A stretch of DNA of 62,037 nt, the filler included, from Streblomastix strix (lineage: Eukaryota): the NCBI GenBank assembly GCA_008636045.1. It is 3 parts of 3 records of this genome, joined end to end, with 100 filler letters (N's around TTAATTAATTAA, not from the genome) between each part and the next. Parts side by side here need not be neighbours in the genome. Positions count along the whole stretch, not along the records: positions 41,438 to 62,037 come from SNRW01000424.1; 2 more parts are not named here. One strand, written 5' to 3'. Below, one piece after another: positions 55,001 to 62,037 of the stretch. Both the position numbers and the translations under genes were made by a program. The notes below the pieces were generated by a model, which saw only the letters and a program-made list of their open reading frames with translations, did no database searches and was not told the DNA's origin. The first letter of the stretch is position 1, and each line of letters begins with the position of its first letter.

Positions 55001-55866
55001 CGAGATTCAAATTTTTTATTTTTTCATCAGCAAACTTTTTTTATTCAATGGTAGTATATTGAAGCCTTTTGATGATAACTGATTCTTCTTTTGACTTCTT
55101 TTTTAAATACATACGAAGGATTGAGTCCGAAGAATTAGCTTGAAGTTCTTCAATTAGCACATCTAAAAATATATAAAAATACGATGAAAAAGAATAAGAG
55201 AAAAAATTATTTAATGAGATGCAAACAATCATTTAAAGTATGCATTGAAGAAGAAATTTTATCTACATTATCCTTTTAAAAAACTGATAAAGATATATTT
55301 TATGTCTTTATTGTAGCTGATTATCGTTTGGCCTATTTAAGGACTTATTATTATTTAATTTGTTATTATTGAGATTGTTTATTGATTGATTATTCGTGAA
55401 CTGAATCATTAATTGCTTATTAGTGATGTGAAGCATTTAATTATTACGTCGATGATTAAGACGTATTTGAATTTAATTAATTATTGATTTATATGTTCGG
55501 TGTCTAAACTTTAGAGCCAAGGTTTTGATCCGATGATATTTGAATTGGGTGAATTTGATTCATACTATTATGCAATTTATGAGATTGAGCAGGTGTTAAT
55601 TAGCTTGTTTATGATGCAAAGTCATATTTGTTTTCGATGGTGGCAGTGATTGTTTATTCCCCAACCAGTGTTCCATTTGTTTTTAATTATGCATTTTCAG
55701 CGTCTTTCTCAGATAAGAAACTCACAAATGCTCTTCCTCCATCTTTTCCCAAAGGCGCGTTTTTCATATTTATTTCAATCGCTCCATAAGGCTTAAATAA
55801 CTTATTCAGCTGAAAGTATGTAATGAATCCTTATGTCCAGCTGATATTCAAGCCAATATGTGACAT
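52024..55866 (-). CDS. RRM + degenerate Ser/Thr kinase + repeat stalk + Pro-rich linker + actin-fold fusion protein
   Basis: RRM ([16 protein letters not shown]) ~55630-55866; kinase exons ~54130-55163 ([46 protein letters not shown]). One exon (~54173-52952) runs in frame from the kinase end into [11 protein letters not shown]. Actin continues after intron 52876-52951 to …[10 protein letters not shown]…VVKQNCV*. Confidence 0.85.
53795..54035 (-). repeat. Coding tandem repeats in the fusion gene
   Basis: Two ~51-nt units ([17 protein letters not shown]) and three ~48-nt units (KNKQVIVQQQQKD). Confidence 0.8.
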
Positions 55867-56404
55867 TGACGCTCAATTTATATAAGAAAATAGAAATAAT
55901 AATTAAAAAAGTTAGATAATTACTATCCAAGTGATTATAACATGAATTAAGCGATATATGAGTAAGTAAATATTTATATAATATAAAATAAATTATCATT
56001 AGAATGTTATTCTGCTAAATTAGCCTACAAAATTAAAAAATATTCGTTTTCGGCGGATTAGTAGTATTTTGTATGAATTATTTATAAATAAAATAAATAT
56101 ATTACTAAGCAATAAAATTATTATTTTTTAGAGAATGTTTATCGGTTAATCCAGCGTCAGGAATAATTTTTTTTAAAAAAAATCAGTTATGAGCCCGCCA
56201 GATATGTAATTAAAATGAAATGTAAAGATAATTACTAATTTTTTTAAAAAAATGAATAAAAAATAAAAATTTGCACATAATATATAAGTCACGCGAAAAA
56301 AATAAATTAATTTTTATTTTTTAAAAAATTTAAAATACACAGCTTACATAATGTTGTAATAACATTGATAATTTTAAAATTTTTGTATGTTTAATATTTT
56401 ATTT

Positions 56405-57216
56405 TCAATATTTAGTTACTGTTGGCAAATATTCTGGTAGTGATGCTGGTTATTAATTTGTTTATTGGTCTAATTAAACAGACGGTTGAAATTGATTTGA
56501 AATGACATTAGAATTATTATATGGAATTGAAGATGATTAATAATACTGTTCATTTTGATTAGCTTGTATATTTTGTCCTTAATTTTAAACGACAATGGTA
56601 ATCTGCTGATGAATCTGAGGATTATACATTATATTTTATTCTTCACGTCTTCTTCTATGATTATCATTAAACTCTTTCAATGCTGGACTAAATGCAGCAA
56701 ATATTGGATCTAATTCACCATCTTTAAAAACCTAAGGAGAGAAAAATTCATTATCATTTGGGAGGAAGACTTCCAATGCAATTCGAATGCAACAGTCTTA
56801 CACACCAATAGAAATTATTTAATCAAGTCTGAATGTCGTTATTTTTTCTTTACTCTTACAGAATAATCGCTTAACAAGACTCCTGATCTATACAAATTGA
56901 GTAATTAATTAAATATGCATAATTAAAGAAACGCGATCCAAACATTAATGATTTACAACTCTTATTTGTTTGCATCAAATAATATAGTTGATTGAACATC
57001 TTAAAATAACCATAACATATTAACCCACACAATGAAAAATACAGCACCTAAACTTACACAAATTATCCAGAGAATAGTTGAAGGTGGAAATATAAAGCCA
57101 ATAATGGCTCCTACAAGGCAGATTATGTCCAAAAGAAAGAAGAAAGGTGCTAAAATCCACAACTTTGACTTTCCAGTAACTTTAACCAACGGATCATCTA
57201 CTCCTTAATGAATCAT
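56405..57216 (-). CDS. Two-TM membrane protein with Gln-rich C-terminus, one intron
   Basis: MIHQGVDDPLVKVTGKSKLWILAPFFFLLDIICLVGAIIGF…; contains listed ORF 57001-57189; intron ~56890-56955. Confidence 0.6.
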
Positions 57217-58063
57217 TAAATACTAAATTAATAAAAAGATATAGAAAAATATATTTTGAAAAGAAATATTAAACAATTTAAAATACAAAAAACAGCAGAA
57301 AGTACAAATTCGATTTTAGTGTAAAATTGATATTACGATTGTATGCAGACAATCAGTTAAGAAATATAAATAAAAGTATTGAAATATTCAAGCGAATATA
57401 TAATATTATAACATTAATACAAGCATTGATACTGACAAGACATGGAATAAAATGGAATTTATTGAGAAATAACGATTTGAGTAACTTTGAGTGTTAAAAA
57501 ATATTGTTTGTACATAAATTTTTAGTAATGAATAGTTAGAATTGAAAAATTATAATATTTTTACTAGATTATGTGAATATGTGCCAATAAGTTAATAAAA
57601 TAGTCAACTCTTAAAAATCTGAATTTTATTGCATACATATTTTACTAAATTGTAAATTATATTTAATGTGTTATACTATAATATTTTACTTACATTATTT
57701 TCATTCTTCTAATATGTAAAATTATTTATGCTTGGATCACAAATTCTCATAAAAAACGCATTTTTTGCACTACGCAAATATTCTATTCCAATTTATAATA
57801 TTCATATCTTATTTAAAATACATTTGATATTATTTTATAACTCATATACGTATTTCTGTTTGGTAGTAGTGTCTATGAGCACTTTTACTTACATAACTGA
57901 CCAATTCTGCAAAACTCAACTTTAACATTTATTTGAATATATATATTTTTTTTTAATTTTAGATACATTTTTGCATATATATTAATACAAGTAATACAAA
58001 ATTATTTTTTATTAAAAGTTAAACCGATTTATTTATAATTTTTTAATCTTTTTTTTATCAGAA

Positions 58064-59094
58064 ATGAGGATTGCTCAGATAGTTTGTGGGCCAGCTGGAT
58101 GTGGAAAGTCAACTTTTTGTAACATCATGTACGAGCACTTGCGAATCAACAAGCGCATCGCGCATGTCATGAATCTGGACCCAGCAGCTGAGACATTCAA
58201 ATATCCAGTAACAATGGATATCCGCTCGATCATCAACGTTCAATAAACAATGGAGAAGCAGAAACTTGGCCCAAATGGCAGCCTCGTTTATTGCATGGAG
58301 TATCTACTCGAGCGTGAGGACTGGTTGCACGAACAGCTTGATGGTTATGACGATGACTATCTGATATTGGATATGCCTGGACAGATCGAGCTATATACGC
58401 ACATGGACATCATCCGACAACTTGCGCACTTCTTATAGGACAAATTAGGGTACCATGTATGCGCGCTCTACTTGCTAGACTCTCATTTCATCACCGATGC
58501 GGCGAAGTTTGTCTCTGGTGCACTATCTGCGCTGTCTGCTATGATCCAGCTCGAAGTTCCACATTTGAATGTTCTGACTAAATGTGATCTTCTTAGCGGC
58601 CGAGAAGGTCTGGATCAGTTTCTGGATCTGAACACAGCTGCATTGTTAGAGTAGATGGATGCAGCTATGGGAAGTAGTGTTTTAACTTATGAATCCAAAT
58701 AGAGAGATATTTCATCTTAATCTTCATCTTCATAATCTTAATCATCATCATCATCATCTTAATCATCATCTTCAACATCATCATCATCTTCATCTTAATC
58801 ATCATCATCTTCATCATCTTAATCAAACGTAACTAAGCTGAATATGCGAAGAGAGAAGTTTCACAGATTGAATCGCGCGCTTTGCGAGTTGATGGACGAA
58901 TATTCTTTGGTTTCCTTTGTGCCGTTGGATATCACTGACGAGGAGAGCATTGAAAGAGTGCTAATGCATATTGATACTGCTACTCAATATGGAGAAGGTT
59001 TTATTAAGTTATTTAAGTTATTGGATTATTTAATTATCTCTTTTTTAAAACAGATGTAGAGCCTCGTGAACCAAAAGACGAAGAAACTGAATGA
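58064..59094 (+). CDS. GPN3: GPN-loop GTPase 3
   Basis: GPAGCGKST, NLDPAAE, LGPNG, DMPGQIELYTH and NVLTKCDL. Four listed ORFs join in frame through TAA/TAG. Intron 58998-59053; ends EPKDEETE*. Confidence 0.93.
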
Positions 59095-59517
59095 ATATTT
59101 ATAAATAAAATATTTATATATACATTTCAATTTAATTAATTATTCTCATTTCATTATTCTATTTATTTTTTTTGAATATGACAAGATAAATATTTGAAAT
59201 AAATTCGAAATAAATTGAGTTTTAAAGGATAATTCGAATATTTATTTTTTTAATTCTGAAATGTTATTTTATTTTCTATTAAATATCAAAATAGCAAATT
59301 AATATTAATATTTTGAATATATTTTTTAACATTTAAGTAGATTTTAGAGAATTATTAAGAAAAAATCCAGTAAGAGCATGGGGCATTTGGAAGCGCAGGC
59401 GTTTATCGCGACATTCAATCCAAAAAACAATTTATTATCACGCGTAACACAAGTAAAAATATGGAATATACATATGAAACGGATAATTATTACTCAAAAA
59501 TGAAAAATATATAACAC

Positions 59518-60237
59518 TCAGTTATACCAAAATGGTCTTGTGTTACTCAGATCAATATAGAAGTTAAGTACCATTCCTTTGGCTGTGTTTGCTTCATAAC
59601 TGATATTATTATATTATCCTTTTCCTTTGTTAGTCATTTAAACGTCAAGTTCTTCATTCCCACCTTCCTCCTCAACTTGTTCAACAGATATTCGTGCAAG
59701 TTACGGAAGATTTGGGAAGATTGGTTACCTAAAATCATCATCGTTCCCTTCACTAAGATTTTCGAGGAAATCGGAGATGTGACGCAATCCCTGATAGATC
59801 TCATAATCATCTTCTTCACCAGATCCACCTGCTGTACTGAATGAAATGGACAACACACTTCCATATCCTTCTTTAACAAGCTCATATTGGACTTATTCAT
59901 CACCATGAAATTGAATATGCCACAGACATTCTCTACTCCAAAATCTGATTTAAAATCTCTATCGATCATATTATTCGTTCATTAGGGTACCAAGTTTGAA
60001 TCTGGTAAGTGCAACGAGTGTATGAAACAGATTCGGTATCTAAATCAATGGTTTACTGGATTTATTATTATGTATTTTAATTCTAAGTAATTGAAGAGAA
60101 TAAGAAACATTAGAAATAAAAGCTGTTGATTCTGATTCTGATTAATCATTTGATTTTCTTCCTTTGTTATGCGTGTATGAATCAGCAAAGGAAGTTATGG
60201 CAGTAGTTGCATCTTAGATTTCTTATTCGTATTGCAT
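59518..60237 (-). CDS. Expanded-family helical (ARM-like) hypothetical protein, 239 aa
   Basis: Intact ORF MQYEQEIQDATTAITSFADS…STAGGSGEEDD…EQVEEEGGNEELD…RPFWYN*. Paralogue of 10358-11056. Confidence 0.78.
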
Positions 60238-61069
60238 TTTATCCTGATTTTTTAGCAAAAATAAAATAGAATATAGAAAAATAAATATGAAAAATATAAG
60301 ATAAAGAATAAAAATAGGTTATTATATGCTCAAAATATATGGGAAAGACGGAACAAAACATTCTTTAAAGAAAAAATATCGATTTATGCTGGATAGATAG
60401 CATCATATATATGAAATTATTAGTAGGAATTTAAAAATCCTACAATTAGAAGTGTTATAAAAACTTGTTAAAATTATATTTGGTTGTTTGTAGCACTTGC
60501 TAGAAGTGATATTATGAGAAATATTTTGAACGAGTACTTAAGAAACAATTATAATTAAAAATATGTAAATTTTCTGAATTAAAGTAAGAGAGTTTAAATG
60601 TAATGGTTAATATATATCTATTTAGAGTATTGTTTTGTTGTTCAATCAAATTTTGTATTATTTTAAATTAGAAACGCACAACAACTTTTAAAAAATATTT
60701 CATGTATAATTAAATAAAATTGTAGAATAATGATTGAAAAAACTTCAATAATAGCAAGTTTATATCTAGTATTTTGGAAAAATTGAATTCCAAACTTAGA
60801 ATTTATGAAGTTTTTAGCTCTTGTCTTAGATATAAATCAGAGTTGAATTTTTATTTTTACATCAGTAATTCCAAATATTTCAATTTTTAACTTTAATTTA
60901 ATATTTATCTGTGAATCTTCATTTAAAAAAAATTTTTTTTTCTAATTCTTTTAATTACATATCGAATAATAATTCTATTACAATTTTTTATATTTATTTC
61001 GATAAATAACAAACAAGATTAACTGGAGTAGAAACATTACCAAGAAGTATTTATCGATCTGTAAAGTAT

Positions 61070-62009
61070 TCCTCAATTAATAGCAACTATAAATTCTTTC
61101 TCTTCTTGAACTATGTTTCGTAATGCACACAACTGATATGATGCTCATCATCAACACTTAATGGATCTACAAACAAATCATGATAGGTTTATATTCAAGA
61201 ATTAAATCATTTTGAGTCAGATCTGGAGAAAAGAAAAGAAATGCTGGTTAAATTGGCTAAATTTAAATTTCGGAATCAGAATCAAATAAAAGAAAATTAA
61301 ATAAATACTCCAACATCGCAATGAAGTCAACAATTGAGCATATCTTGCTAAGGACTTAAATTTATCCAACTCAAAATTTTTATCTTCATCATCGCACAGT
61401 CCATCAAACTTAACTGATCAAATGAATGGAAATCCTCAGAGAATTAATATTAGAGAAAAAAATAATAGAGAGAAAAAGAATGCGAAAGTGAAAATGATAA
61501 ATTCAATTTGAGTATCTTTTGGAATGATTATGAAGAATTAAAGATAGAAAAAATTGATAATATTTCTTATTGACCATTGACAATAATTTCATAAGTTAAT
61601 AATGAAAATTTGAATGATAAAGATAACTAATAGTAATATTTATATTCAATACTAATTTAGAATAAATGATTATAATATAATAGTAAGCTTATAAATACAT
61701 TATCGTGCTTAAAGACGTACGATGCAATCCCAGCATACAGCCTCTCATTCACAGCGATTCCAATCAGAATCATAACTGGGTCAAGAAAACCCTTCGCAAA
61801 TTCAGCAGTTGCATCTAATGTGAAAGTTGCTCTCAAATTGCTGCTTTCTTCACATACAATATTGAGGTTAGGCCAGACGGAATGAATTAAACCTATCATG
61901 ATTTGTTTGTAGATCCATTAAGTGTTGATGATGAGCATCATATCAGTTGTGTGCATTACGAAACATAGTTCAAGAAGAGAAAGAATTTATAGTTGCTATT
62001 GATTGAGGA
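61070..62009. repeat. 122-nt inverted duplication (61070-61191 vs 61888-62009)
   Basis: Reverse-complement match with about one mismatch, close to the contig end. Confidence 0.85.
61697..61910 (-). pseudogene. Inositol monophosphatase / 3'(2'),5'-bisphosphate nucleotidase family fragment
   Basis: WPNLNIVCEES and TLDATAEFAKGFLDPVMILIGIAVNERLYAG resemble the GEE and DPLDGTxEF…VLIGIA motifs, with an internal deletion. Confidence 0.6.
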
Positions 62010-62037
62010 GTTGTATTTGATCCATTATCGAACAGAG

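Overview
AT-rich eukaryotic genomic DNA that uses a non-standard genetic code (TAA/TAG = Gln, TGA the only stop), so the supplied standard-code ORF track chops real genes into pieces. The code is shown directly by GPN3, actin, Hsp90 (…GEQNEMEEVD*) and a 2-hydroxyacid dehydrogenase, which all read through TAR codons. The code, the 50-100 nt GT-AG introns, the expanded ARM-like/SPRY/kinase families and the fold-back duplications at contig ends fit an oxymonad single-cell assembly such as Streblomastix; this is inference, and a ciliate is not excluded. The window is three probably unrelated ~20.6 kb contigs (1-20624, 20725-41337, 41438-62037) joined by artificial 100-nt N/TTAATTAATTAA linkers. 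Highlights: (1) an endogenous Polinton/Maverick-like DNA virus at ~12.0-20.6 kb with a protein-primed PolB (vOTU-like N-terminus, HNH-like insert), an intact candidate penton gene and small ORFs, all written in the host TAR=Gln code; (2) two further virus-like relics on contig 3 (a fibre-like gene cluster and a candidate major-capsid fragment); (3) a spliced gene fusing an RRM, a degenerate protein kinase, a repeat stalk, a Pro-rich linker and a complete actin-fold domain; (4) a non-autonomous hAT-type transposon with TIRs and an 8-bp TSD. All translations were done by eye and no database searches were run.
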